DNA from: Flaccisagitta enflata
Taxonomy: Eukaryota
DNA: 64,000 nucleotides
Direction of reading: 5' to 3'
Assembly: GCA_965153355.1 (NCBI GenBank)
Contig: OZ231126.1
Location: forward strand, 14,632,001 to 14,696,000
How positions within the stretch are numbered: position 1 is the first letter of the stretch; each line of letters begins with the position of its first letter. The notes below the pieces were generated by a model, which saw nothing but the letters and a program-made list of their open reading frames with translations, was not told the origin of the DNA and ran no database searches. The translations under genes were made by a program, and so were the position numbers. This document shows positions 14,603-64,000 of this stretch, one piece after another.

Positions 14603-15425
14603 GGAAAAAAGTCGAAGTCAGTCTTCGACTTTTTGACATATTTGAGAGAAACAGGGTTTTCATTTTCTTATGGGGAAGTTTCGGAACTCATTAGGGCGAT
14701 TGGTCCCTCGAACGAAATTGATAGGGTAAATAAATTTGATAATTTTTTTTCATTTGGCGCCAAGCAGAATGCTCTACGACAAATACTTTTCGCGCTATGA
14801 TTTTTTAAAGATTTATTTACGAAAAATTTGAATGGAATTTTTTTAGATTTTTTTCGATTTTGTGTTTGATCAATAAAGGAGTGTATTCATGTTTACTTGA
14901 GCATGCAAATACAAGAAAAAATATGTTTATGAGCACAGCTGCTCATCTGTGAGGGCATTTTTGAGCATTTTAGCTCATTTAGCTCACTTTGCTCAGTCTG
15001 TTCTTTTTGATTTCAAATATGATAAATGAATAAATATTTTCAAACTTGTTAAAGCAAGCAAATAAAAAAACATGTCAGTGAGCAGAGCTGCTCATCTGTG
15101 AGGGCGTTTTCAAGTATTCTAGCTCATTTAGCTCATTTAGCTTGCGCTTTTTCTCTGATTTTAAACAGGATAAATAAATTAATGTTTTGACTTAAGCATG
15201 CAAATACAAGAAAGCATGTCAGTGAGCAAAGCTGGTTGTCTGGTTGAATCATTTTGAATATTTCAGCTCATCTAGCTCATTTGGCTCAGTCCTATTTTTC
15301 TCTGATTTTCAGTGCAGTCAATACATACTATTGCTTTTGATTTGATCTAACAAAATTTCAGTGGCTGAAGATGGTGAAAAGTGACCAATGCTTACGACTT
15401 TTTTCCTCACGGCGACAGCCGCCAT
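14603..15425 (+). mobile_element. HINE-like element with three ~140-bp central repeats
   Basis: 5' hairpin AAAAGTCGAAG..CTTCGACTTTT, second subTIR CGACTTTTTTCC, 3' stem-loop GGCGACAGCCGCC; repeats at ~14890-15330. Confidence 0.55.
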
Positions 15426-15849
15426 TACTGGTAGCGAATCTAAGAGAAAAGTTGTTATTGATTGGACATGAGGCTGAAATGTTGTTATATTCTTAATTTT
15501 CTGAGGCTGACGATGTTGCTAGAAATGCTCTTATTTTTCTTATATTTTGAGCCTCAACGTTGTTTGAAAGAAGGTTGTTACTCAGACAAAAGCGTGTATG
15601 TATGGAATCCATTCCTCTCATTCAAATCAATCCCTCCTAGCCGACCACTAACTAGATGGCGTGCAAACTGTCATATGACGCTTAATTACGTCTTTAAAAT
15701 GCATGTTCTTTACTGACTTTATTGAACCGAAGGAAACAAAAGACATAGGCGATGTAGAGTGGAAAAGGTCGTGTTGTAGATGTCTTTCGAAAACAAAAGA
15801 CGGACGACAAAAAATAGAAGGCGAACATCGACAAAGACGGCACATACAA

Positions 15850-15899
<50 letters not shown>

Positions 15900-15907
15900 A
15901 TAACAAT

Positions 15908-15981
<74 letters not shown>

Positions 15982-16017
15982 CTGAACATCGGGCAACACC
16001 GCCGTCATGTCATTTCG

Positions 16018-28784
<12,767 letters not shown>

Positions 28785-28830
28785 CTCGGCAGTCCAGACT
28801 TCCCTCAAGTTGACTTCAGCGCGTGAGGAG

Positions 28831-28978
<148 letters not shown>

Positions 28979-31900
28979 CAAAACCGGGGGAGTTGTCGTT
29001 TATCGACGTGGCGTCTGGATCAAGATCAGTCTAGAGGCATAAGTACTCTGACAATTATGATTTTAATTATTTCAAAGCGGAGATGGAATGTATTTCCCAT
29101 AAACCCAACAACATAAAAAAAAGAACTAGTCATCCAAGGATCGCACATGGTCAGCGGTACCCGATGCCCTGCAAGGAGTGATTCAGTGAAGAAGTGGAGT
29201 AAGAGCAGGGCAGCGGCCCCAAAGGGAAAATAAGATAATCAAATCGTCAAACCACCTAGCACCTGAACAGTGCGAGTTAAAGCCATTTCACCGATAATTT
29301 GATCTCTAAAAAATGATGATCAAGCGGGAAACGTTTTCCACTTAAAAAAGTTAAATGTTTCTTTCCAGATACTTATTTGTTTAGCAAATAAACGGCAGCT
29401 GCTCCGTCAATTACCTTCCCGCGAGGAAAAAGTCGGAAAAGTTTCCGTGTACAATATTCAGGTAAGCATGAATAACAACAAGGCTGGATACACGGCTACC
29501 CCAGTCGCGTGCGGGTGGGCAGGGGTTGTAATTGAGGTAACCAAATCATTTGGGCAGGAGCAGTGAGGCCAAAAACCGCAAAACCCCCGAAAAAGTAAAG
29601 CGTGACGGACAGATCGACGTACGGTCCGACGGACGGACGGTCCGACAAAGCGGGGTGTCGCGACTAAAAACGCAATTACTCAGGCTCCCAAAAATTTGAT
29701 CATATGACCTCTCGGCCTTTACTTTCAAATTACTTTGAAATCCGAGTGTAATCAAACTAAACACAGCTTTGAAATTCTAACGACCGTTTTTTTTACCCAT
29801 TTGGGAATGAATTGAGACTAAGTCAGGTGCTACGTCAAACGTGAGTGATCTAACTGCGCATCTGCCGTATCACACTTGTTTTGCGATCTGCCCTTTTAAT
29901 ACGGTTGGATGGTAGTCACGCAAAAATATCCAACGATTTTCTGAGACCAAGGTACATTTGTTGTCGATTTTATCTTCTCGAAAATAAAGAAGCTATTGTC
30001 TTGTTGTCAATTTTGACCTTTTTATTTATCGCTTTTGAAGCGCCATTTATTTTTTCCGGCGGTATAATCAGGGTTGACGGTGATTGAGTATGAACATGAG
30101 CTACGTGAGTGATGCCCGAAATTTTCATTCTCTGGACCTTAACCTTAACCTTGTCAAACTATCAAAATATCAAAGAATCTTAAACATATTAAACTAACAG
30201 GGTGTGCAAAAAATTTGTTTTTTTCATATTATCACAAAAACCATACTTACAGATTGTTCAGTTTGATGAATTTCAAAATATAATCTCATAACTAGTCCCA
30301 CTAGTTATTAAAGTACATAGGTTTTATTCTCCAACTAGAAGAAAAAGAGCAAAGAACAGCGATCATGTTTAATTGAAAATAAGACAAGACTTGTATCCCA
30401 AGGCGGTAAAAACGCAATGATATGCTTAAATCAAACAGCACAACCATGATAACCAAAATTTGATCTAAGCATTTCAAAAACCTGCATAAGCAATCTGGAA
30501 TATTATCACTTTTTATATGACCATTATGGGCAACATTTTTGGGACTAATGCAAATGGCCTTTCCTGCCTTCAATCATTCAATTATTAACAATTCTTCATT
30601 GCCTTTCCTCTGGTGTACATTCAAAAACAGTTAGTTAACATCAGTGACCTTGACTTTGGTGGATACATATCTGTTGGGAGTGGTTTTTGGCTTTTTGCAT
30701 GCTTTCTTCCATTTGAAAATACCAAATTCTTTGCACATCCTGTTATCAAACAATCACATCAAACTATCTTTTAATTCTTCCCTTAGCTATTCCCTGATCC
30801 TTCGCTTAACCGACAATGTTACAAAATAAAGAGTATGAGACATGAATTTTGTTTTTGAGCAGTACAAAATTAAAACTATAAGAAGGAAATATTTTCAATC
30901 AATCGATAGGAAAATAATCTCCAACAAACTCAATCAATATTTCAACAAAAAGACAACACGGAATCTGTTTTTGACAACTTATGTTTTGAAAGAAGGAATT
31001 GGGAGAAGGTCTAATGGAGAGAGGGGGGAGAGGGAGGGAGTAAGAGAAGGGGTATAATGTGTGGGGGGGGGGGTGTAAACAATGAGGCCTAATATGAGCG
31101 ACTTTTTTTTCTATGATAGGTGGAATAATATCTCTCACTAAACCCAAACTAAAATAAATGGAAGAGGGCCTTGTGAACCCTCGGCCTCACTGACTGGTTA
31201 ATACGCGCACCACTCCTAGTTTTCCACAAATCAGAATCTAAAAAACTGTCTTTCTTATTTACCCAAAAGCAATTTTTGTCCTCTATTTATGATTTCTCAT
31301 TAATGAATGTGGAAACATATCGAGTATTTTTTCAAGAAATCTCCATTTATCTCCAATGATAACCTATCACAACGACATTTTACACTAAATTTGGAAAGAC
31401 AAAAATTTTCATCATGGATACGGATTTTTCGAACATTCTGAGCTGCGACGATTTCCCTCTACAATTTCCAACTTGTTAAGGATTCACTAAGGCTAGTCTA
31501 CACACGGACCACTGAAAAGCCATGTATGATTATCAAGTAACTACAATTTGGAATAATTCCTCGCTAGCCTTGGCTTCCATCACATGACTTTTCGCGTGTG
31601 ATCATCTTCGTCACAGCGAGTTAGAAACTGCCAATTAACGAATTCCGCACCTCTCAAAGTGTTTTCGCTATCAATCGATTACATAGTAATCTTATATTTT
31701 TTGAACTCAACAAGATTTAGGACTAGACTGAAATCTTTGTATGACAAAAAGTGTCCCTTTTCATCTTCTGCGCTGAGCAAAAGCAGTTAATTCATAGAAC
31801 GCCACCATCACAAATGTCTGTAGCTCAAATGTTTGCCATCTAAGTAAACATTTCTTTTTTCACCGCATTATGCAAATTAGGTTCCTAATGCTGACATTGC

Positions 31901-33533
31901 CTAGACAGCTGTCCAGCTCGCTAGTTATCTTTCCTGTTTTTTTTCTGTTCTTTTTATGTTGGATTATTAAAAGTATTTGACCACTTTTCTTGATCGATAT
32001 AACCAAAGCGCGCAATCATATAGAAATAGTTGGTACATGACAAAAGTTAAATCATGGCGCCTCTTTAAAACTGTGCCCGCCATTTCCAGAATGAAGAATA
32101 GGAAACCCTTGAGACAAAAATCTTTCCTGTATCGATTTTTCCTTGTTCTTTCCTGATAATCAAAAAAAGTTGACTAGTTGGCACTTGAATAACTAGGATG
32201 GTCAGTCAATGTTCATTTCATATTAAAAAAAAAGCATCGATACGCACAAAAAAAAAAAAGAATTAAGAGATAGCAAATTACATAGGAAATATCTCATGCC
32301 ACTCGTTGCTAGCAAAAGCGGCTAGTCTCTAAGTCATAGGATAGAATTGCTTTTTCTTCTTTTTCATTTTTTTATCTAAACGATAAACAGAAAAACATGT
32401 CATGGTAGTGTTCGTGGAAGGAAATGCTACACTGGTTTTGAACTTTTTTCATTGGACACGTCAGGCAAGTACTTTGACTAGCCAGAGGCGGGTTTTTTTA
32501 AATCAACTTTAATATCAAAGTGATTTTATCTATCTCAGATGAAAAGCGAATAAAGCAGATCAATTTCCAAAATAAACAAACCAATGCACATTTACACGCG
32601 CACTCACACATTCACTCGATATGATAACAGGTCTCACAAAATTAGGCGGAAAGAGATGAAAACTCTTTGAAAAGAGGGTTAAAAATGGGAATATAATCAA
32701 TCCAAGTGTTGTATATCACCAATTTATGTTTATTTTATCAATATAATGTGAAAAATGCCCAAAAAAGGAAATGGCTATCCCCTAATGAACGTAAATATGC
32801 TGATGAGTCAAAGGTAAACAAATTTGGGATTGACACACTATTCTTATTGTTTATGCTCAACTTCACCTTCAATTACTCAACTGCTGTCAACGTACGCGGC
32901 TTTTTGTCTGCGTGACTGACTTTCCTGCATCCATCTATTGCATTCCACGATAAATTGCGATTTTTTAGCATTCCATCTTCTTAAAATGAAGGACAGTAAA
33001 CGTTTTCCACTTAGCTGCATTTTTTCCGTTAAAATCAGCAATAATCTGACACCTAACTTTTGGTAAAACACCCTCCATCACGCCCTATATGCAGGAAAGT
33101 CGCCAACATCGCTTTGCTATGTCAAAATACTGGGTCTTAGCTATCTCCATGTCAAATTTCATCATGCTGAGGGCATTTTTACTATCTATATTGATCATTT
33201 TACTTTTCCGCCTAATTTTGTGAGACCTGTTAGACAACAAAGTTTCAACGTCACACAACGGAGAAAAAAAAACACAGACGCGAGCGAGATTCAGCACCGA
33301 GATTGATAATAGTATGATAAGTTGATAACGAAAGAAAATTTCGAAATCCTAGCACATGGTTGAGATTGAAAATGTATACTAGAATAATGTAACATCAAAA
33401 TGGAGAAAAGCACATTTTCATGTACTTACGAGCGCTCCACCGCTCATTTTCACGAGAAATGAGTCATATAGCGCATTCCGTAGATTTTTTTTTTCAAAGA
33501 TATTATAATTCATCTAATCTAAACTTTTCTTCC

Positions 33534-42110
<8,577 letters not shown>

Positions 42111-43600
42111 AATTAGTCTTTGTTAGGGTAGATTAGTAGGGTAGATTTGTCTTTGTAAGGTTAGATCCGATCATTTGATAGCACACTTTCGTTTCATTTA
42201 GTGAGTCAGCGCTCGACTTCTTCTCTGTGTTGTATTTGTGTTGTTTTTTTTCCTCACCTTTTTTTCATTTTCTTTTTCTTTTTCTTTTTAGTTGCGGATT
42301 CGCAACTCTAAAACTATAAGAGGCTTTGTCCGTCCGTCGGTCCGTTGGTCCATCGGTCTGTTGGAGGTCATTGAATTGAAAAGTGGGAAAAAGAGCGTTT
42401 TCCATACTTTTGTGTATGTTCGAGTGTAGGGGGATGGGTTGGGGTGTGGATGGGGGTTGGATGCCCCTGCCCACCCGTCCGCAACGATATTGTGACCCCG
42501 CGTCACTTGTTCTTTTTCTTTTTCTTCCTTAATTCCTCTTCTCCCTCTTTCAAATCATATCAATTTGATTCTTCTTCTTCTTCTTCTTCTTCTTCTTCTT
42601 CTTCTTCTTCTTCTTCTTCTTTTTGGGCAGCGGCCCCGAAGGGGACGAAATCCTGTAGAACACAGGGGGACTTTTGTTCGTTATTCCGTCCCTCCGTGCG
42701 TCCCCCCCAGGCCCTCTCAGGCCTGAAATCTGCCCTCTCAGGCCTAAAATTAACCTTCTCAGGCCTGAAATATGCCCTCTCAGGCCTTGAATCAGCCCTC
42801 TCAGGCCTGAAATCTGCCCTCTCAGGCCTGAAATCTGCCCTCTCAGGCCTGAAATCTGCCCTCTCAGGCCTGAAATCTGCCCTCTCAGGCCTGAAATCTG
42901 TCCTCTCAGGCCTGAAATCTGGCCTCACAGATTCAAGGCCTGAGAGGGCAGATTTCAGGCAGAGGGCATTCAGGCCTGAGAGGGCAGCCCCAGGCCTGAG
43001 AGGGCCTAGAGAACGGACGGACAGACGGATGGAATGATGAACAAAAGTCCCCCTGTGTTCTACAGGTCTTTGTCCCCTTTGGGGCCGCTGCCCTGCTTCC
43101 TCTCACTCCATTTCACTATTAGGCAAAGCAGGGCAACGGGTATCGCTGACCACGTATTGCCCTTGGGCGACCTGTTCTTCTTCATCTTCTTCTTCTCTGA
43201 CACTCGATTGAAAACTGCCACATCGTATAGTAGCGGACCTCAAAGAGGCCGTTCACCTTTTCAAGATTTTTAGTCGGGTGCTACGCGACTCTACACCTCA
43301 CTTAAATTATGGCAAGGAAACTTTATTGAGAAGTCTAGAAACCCGCTTTGTTCGCTATGTCTGTTGAATAGTTGGATGCTTCATTGGTTGGTCAGTAACG
43401 ATTTTTCAGCGTTTACAAGTGGTTTTACTGATTCTGCCTAAGTGCTTGATGAGCCTTTTTTTTATCACTGCCCCTTCCCATGCGCCCGCGACTTGAGTAG
43501 CCGTGTATCTGGCCTCATTTTTTGTCTTTTAAATTCTGCAGTGAATATTTCATGGCAACAGCATCTTTTTACTTTTTTTTCAAACTTTCGACGCACGCGA

Positions 43601-43653
<53 letters not shown>

Positions 43654-44171
43654 CGTTGTCCTCATCAACTTGTTTCTACTTTTTTACGATTTAACAACCT
43701 TAAATCAAATCCTGACTCATTGGGAACTTTTAATGACGAGGTAACCTGTCCAGCTAGTTTGACAAGCTCGCGTGTCTTTTCATCAGTTAAAAAAATGTGA
43801 ATGAGTGCTTCTTTTTTAGTCGCGTGCACGCGATTCTACAACCCGCTTTGTCCGTCGGTCGGTCGGTCCGTCACACTTTACTTTTTTTATGATTTTTTTT
43901 CTTTGACCTCACTGCTCTCGCCCAAATGGTCTGGTGACCTCAAAATGGCCCCTGCCCACCTGCACGCGACTTCGGTAGCCGTGTATCCGGCCTTGTTTTT
44001 TTTTATTCCAAGGTGAAAGTTGGGTGCTTCGCCACAATTTCAAAGTATTGCTCAATCGCTTCAACCAAAATCAGATTTAGATTTGATTACACCTCTTGTG
44101 GTTTCTAGTATGGGCAAAAAAGCAACAATCACTTGAATCATGAGTTGACTAAAGAAAAAAAGATCATCAAC

Positions 44172-47145
<2,974 letters not shown>

Positions 47146-47631
47146 CATTTTGACGTGTAATGAGTTGCGACAAATCGATAACAATGCTCCGTTACTGAGT
47201 CTTGCTGTGGGTTATTACGCGATCGGGCAGAGGCAATTTGCTTATTTTTAATCTATTCGTTTTAGTAATTAACAATGGCAATGCGCGGGCGCTGCAATAC
47301 ATTACGATTTTGACTGCTTCAGAATGAGTCTCTTTGAGAGAGCCGAGAGGACAGCCAGTCACTCTTGTGCAAGATAAAAACAAAGCAATTCCAACATCAA
47401 AAAGTACTAGAAGATTAACAGACATAACATGAATTGCTCGGCCTCGTCTAGATAACCTGCGTATGAATGTTTATGAAGGGCATATAAACAACAAATGAAA
47501 ACTTTAAGTACAAGTCAAAGAGCATAATGTGGCTTTTTGTAAGTATTACCATGAATGAGTCAATTGTCCTTTGCGCTCGGGAGGCATTGGGCAAAAACCT
47601 TTAGCACAGCAATATGCAAATGAGTCTTTGA

Positions 47632-58018
<10,387 letters not shown>

Positions 58019-58610
58019 GAAATTTAGATTTAGTTTTATGAAATTAAGATCTATTCAATCGGATTTTTTTTAAATGTTCATTCATTCATTTTTTTGGGTC
58101 TTGAAGCCAGTTATTGAAAATAATTGTCTGTAGTTTCCCCCGGACGATTCACGTTCTTAGTCCACTGATGAGTCACGGTGGGTAAAATTGTGAAAAACAA
58201 GTCATGACGAGGTGATTATTGAATGTAGGAATCCTGGAAATGAATTGGGAAGGGTTAATAATTGGTGCACCTGATTTTTAGTTACGGACACGCAACTCTA
58301 TATGAGTCTTTGTCCGTCCGTCCGTCCGTCCCTTGGTCCGTTGTCCGTTGGTCCGTCCGTCAGCAAAAGTCAAAAAGTTGGAAAACGAGCGTTTTAGAAG
58401 TTTTTTGTGTATGTGTCTGTGTTGGGAAGGGGGTTGGGTAGGGCGTTGGGTGTGCATGGGGGTTGGCCGCCCCTGCCCACCCGTCCGCAACGATATTGTG
58501 ACCCCGCGTCACTTGTTTTCATTTAACTTTTTTCGACGCAGATTATGAAAGAGAAAAAAAATATAACGTGTCCAGCCGTTTAGGGCCGATCAATCATCTT
58601 GTCTAAGGTA

Positions 58611-59214
<604 letters not shown>

Positions 59215-59847
59215 TCTAAGGAGAGAAAAAACAACACCATCGACTAATTTGTATCCAAAGCTAAAAATTCTCGATTTCAGTCTCATATCTTGACATGGCA
59301 ATTATAAGGTCAAAAAAGGTCGAGCTATGAAAATGGAGTTAATGTATAAGGTCAATTTGAACAAATGGTGTTACATTAAATCGAAAGAACGATTAAAAAA
59401 CAACAAAACAGATGAGATCAGCTTTCTTTTTCGAGCGGCGCAGAAGTAAACCAATTTATATTTTTTTCTTTCTTTGATACAGTTAAATCCAACAAGTACG
59501 CATGAATCAAAACGGTTCATTTTTTGGTGATTCACGTGTCAGAATTTTTTCTTGAAATGAATTGACGACCTGGATTGGCATGGTTTTTTAAACATATCAA
59601 AGGTATTAATTCGTTCAATTCAATTTACTTCCCTTTTTTGGGTCCATTCAAACCGGTCTTTACTGTAATCAACGATTTCTCGTTTTACTTCTTATTGTCC
59701 ATTATGTCAATATTGAGAAGATCAAGCTTCTGTATCAACGAAGTTGGAGAGGGGACAGATATTCAGACAACTGTTTCGGTTGAAGAGAACGGAACAAGAA
59801 ACTTGAGGTAACTCTGAACAAAAGACATGGCAAGGAGGACAAGAAAA

Positions 59848-59937
<90 letters not shown>

Positions 59938-60316
59938 AAAGTTTAACGAGAAAACTGGTAATCTTGAAAACAGCAAGACCAGGGTAGAAATCATCGGTGA
60001 TGATTGGTCTCTGAAAGAACAAATACGAAGAAACCGATGAGTAATCGCCTCCCCCCACCCCCTCTCCGGAAAAAAATCAGGGTCAAGTTGGCCAATTGGT
60101 ACGCTCAGTGACATGAGCATGAGCGAATATCGTACGATGGCATTAACGGATGGATGAACAGACAGACGGATGGAAAAAAATGAAAGAGGGAAATACAGGA
60201 GCTCTTACTCATCAGCTGTATTGCGAGATGATTTCACTGAGATGATGGTAATTGGAGGATCGCTGCTCTTTAAAGCCTCCGAAAACAGTTTTTAAAAAAA
60301 GAGAATTGGAGAGTCC

Positions 60317-60470
<154 letters not shown>

Positions 60471-60577
60471 GGCAGATACAGAGACAGAAGGACTTGAAAT
60501 CTGGAACAGAAGAAGAGACAAGTCTCACATATATTTGGGACAATGCTATGAATATTTTTGCAGAGTTATATATACAA

Positions 60578-61006
60578 ACCAAGGACTATCAAGTAGAAAA
60601 TCTTTCCCAAGCGCTTTTTGAAAAAATGAAAATTCAACATTTTTATTTATTTTGCATAGACTATTTTCAGGTTGGTTTGACTATCTTTGACAGCATAATG
60701 ATAATCCTGATGAAATTATTTGATAGGTCGCACTATATAGTTTTACAAAAATAAAATTTATTTTTAAAGCCACCACATAAAATTACAACGGTGGCCTAAA
60801 ATATGAATTTTTCATTTCTTATGAAAACCATACAGTGCGACCTATCAAATGAATTTGAATTTTATCAGGATTAACATTATGCTGTCAAAAAATAGGTCAA
60901 ATCAACCTAAGAAATTTTCTTTACAAAATAATGCTAAAAATCTTGAATTTTTTCTTTTTTTTCAAAAAGCGCCTCAGGAAAGATTTTCTACTTGATGGTT
61001 CTCGGT
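60578..61006. mobile_element. Palindromic MITE
   Basis: ATCAAGTAGAAAATCTTTCC...GGAAAGATTTTCTACTTGAT and further inverted homology toward the centre. Confidence 0.7.
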
Positions 61007-61010
61007 TTCT

Positions 61011-61528
<518 letters not shown>

Positions 61529-61977
61529 ATGAGACGGAACGAGACAAAGCTGGCAATGTTGACGAAACGAACAAATAGGAAAGCAAAGAGGTGGAACGAG
61601 ATGGATTTACAGTGTCGAAGGTAAGTATTCCTCGAGACAAACAGATTTAGATGCTAAGAGTAATTGTTGAAAAAAAAAGAAAGCGAATGTATATACAGAA
61701 AAAAAAAATATTTAAGGCGACGTCGCAGAGAGAAAAAGTGTGCGCGATGAAAAGGCGAGATTTGGTTCCAGGAACTGATGCAAATCCTTGGATCAAAAAA
61801 GTAAATAGAAAATTCAAAAGGTAAGAAAAATATAGGCAACAAGAAAAGATTATATAAAGGAGATACGGAAAAAAAAGTATGAACAAGGATGCAACGAAGA
61901 TTTCAGCCAAAGGATCAAAAAAGTTGATGAAATAGAAAAAGGTGCGAGGATACATGCATATCCTCAGCTAGCTGCGT

Positions 61978-64000
61978 TAATGAGTAATGAGTAATGAGTA
62001 ATGAAGGGTAGTACCCCTGGGCAGACCATAAGAGTCCACATGGCGGGGACCTCGTTAACGATAGATGTGTGCAACATCCGTTCATCTGTTCGCGTTCTAT
62101 GTTTTTTTTTTTCTTGTTCTTTGTTTAAGAACATCGCTGCACCGTCGTCAGTTTTTTTCCTAATCCTCCATAATGATTTTCTCCAGCTTCTCAGACCGTT
62201 TTTTTCGCGTTCCATTTCCATTTGTCAAATGCATTTTTGAATGCATTCACCGACTTCTGCTCTCTCACGATATCTGGAATTGCATTCCATATCCTTGACG
62301 CTCTAGCACAAAAACAGTTGCGCCTTATCTCCAGTCTTGCTGGTTCTTCCTTCAGCACATTTTTCCTTCTTTCCTCCTTTCCATCTGTCACTTTGGTATT
62401 TCTTCTTGTGGGCCTTGCATCATCTTCCTCTAATTGGAACCATTTTTCTTTGTCGACTCTGTTGAACCCATTGAGAGTCTTGAAGGTCTCAATGGCGTCA
62501 CCTCGTTCCCGTCTTTCCGCCAGCGTTGTGAGGCCAATTTTCACCAATTTTTCCTCATAAGAATCTCCGCGGACGTCCGATAGCAGTCTTACCATCCGTC
62601 TTTGCACTTTTTCCAATAAATTTTTGTCTCCTTCCAACCATGGGCACCATGACTGCACGGCAAATTCTAGCTTTGGCCGGACAAATGTTTTGTACAATGG
62701 GACGAGGGTTTTCGCGTTTCTATAATGGAAACTTCTTTGAATTTGCCCAAGTGCAAAATTCGCCGCTTTTGCCGCCGCCGCACATTGCTTTCCCGGTTTT
62801 CCGGTTGCTTCCATCCAGACTCCCAAGTCTTTCTGCTCCGTCGTTTCGCCGATTTGTTGACCATTCATGACATAATTATATTTTGGATTGTTCCTCCCGA
62901 CGTGCATGATTTTGCACTTGTCCGCATGAAACGTCATACCCCATCTCTCGGCCCATTCCATCAGTCTGTCAATCGTTTCTTGCATGCGTTTTTTGTCGTC
63001 GTCATTCTCAACCACTTGAGCGACTTTCGTGTCGTCCGCAAACAGAAGTACCAATGCTTCTAGAACTTCTTTGCATATGTCGTTGATGAAGATATCGAAA
63101 AGGGTTCCTCCCAGCACCGAACCCTGTACGACGCTGCTGAGCACCTCTATCCATTCCGAGAAAACTCCTTCCACTTTCACACGCTGCCTTCATCCCTTCA
63201 TCCAATCTTCAATCCATTTGAGCAGTTTCCCCTTTATTCCCACCGTTTCCAGCTTCATCATCAGTCTTCGGTGACAGACCTTGTCAAAGGCCTTACTAAA
63301 GTCCAAGTATAGGATGTCATACGACTTGCCTTCGTCCAACCATTTAGTCGTCGCGTTGTTAAATTCGATGATGTTTGTCATCACAGATCGTCCCGACCGG
63401 AAACCATGCTGTTCTTCCGCAATCAGCCGATGTCCCTCTATATGGTTCATCACCGACTCCTTCACCAATCTCTCCATTATCTTTCCAGTTACGTTAGTCA
63501 AGCTCACAGGTCTGTAGTTCGCTGGATCCGCTTTTTTTCCCTTCTTAAATATAGGCGTCACTTCCGCGTCGCGCCAATCATCAGGGATTTTTCCGTCTTC
63601 CATTGATTTTCTGAATAACAATGTGAGCGGCTCCGCAATTTCATTTTTTAGTTCCTTCAAAACTCTTGGCGTGATCCCATCCGGTCCCGCTGACGAATTT
63701 TCTTTCAGGTTGCCGATGATACGGAGGACTGTTTCTCTTTCGATAGTGATATCTTCGATGACCTCGTTTGCTTGCTCCGTCTGCATGGCTGATAACGTTT
63801 GATGACAGACCGTGAAAACCGAACCATATTGTTCATTTAGCAGATTTGCCTGTTGTTTTGGGTCAGTAACTGTCCGTTTATCTCTGTCCATAAGCGGACC
63901 AATCCTGCAGCGTGTCTTTTTCGCTTTATTCACAAAGGCATAGTATAACTTTGGGTTTGTTTTGCGGCACTCTGCAATCTTCCGTTCATGAGCATTCTTC
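61978..64000 (-). mobile_element. CR1-like LINE, 3' part (RT, 3' UTR, (ATTACTC)n tail), continuing beyond the window
   Basis: RT motifs GPDGI, NYRPVSLT, QHGFRSGRS, YLDFSKAFDKV, VVQGSVLG, LFADDTK, KDLGV, LYKTFVRPKLEF. Short tandem-repeat 3' end at 61978-62004. Confidence 0.92.
62191..64000 (-). pseudogene. LINE ORF2 reverse transcriptase with one in-frame TGA at 63190-63192
   Basis: ORFs 63190-63933 and 62191-63180 are in the same frame, joined as WMKG*RQRVKV. Confidence 0.85.

Noticed and set aside
30300-30830. Decayed coding-like sequence on the minus strand
   Set aside because: Multiple stops and no recognisable motif.
42444-43037. ALSGLKS-repeat ORF (and ASQASNP at 45167-45508)
   Set aside because: Translations of 21-bp arrays in family C elements.

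Overview
Repeat-dense eukaryotic (animal-like) genomic DNA with GT-AG introns and very long microsatellites; most supplied ORFs are microsatellite or antisense artefacts. Four spliced genes can be built by hand with consistent intron phases: an EamA/SLC35G-like transporter (-, 16.0-28.8 kb); an STK35/PDIK1L-like pseudokinase (-, 33.5-42.1 kb); a two-exon gene fusing a putative permuted papain-fold (PPPDE/LRAT-like) Cys-His domain to a six-blade Kelch propeller (+, 44.2-47.1 kb); and an intact STK35/PDIK1L-like kinase with a long disordered tail (-, 47.6-58.0 kb). Mobile DNA includes a very young gag-only LTR retroelement, a CR1-like LINE with one premature stop, hAT-type and Tc1-type non-autonomous elements, and several DINE-1/HINE-like families carrying tandem arrays. 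Two inverted copies of a ~1.09-kb element have CAC termini, a 5-bp TSD and asymmetric ends (a shared internal motif 12 vs 24 bp from the terminal heptamer), recalling Transib/RAG signal architecture. All family assignments come from motif recognition by eye, not database searches.
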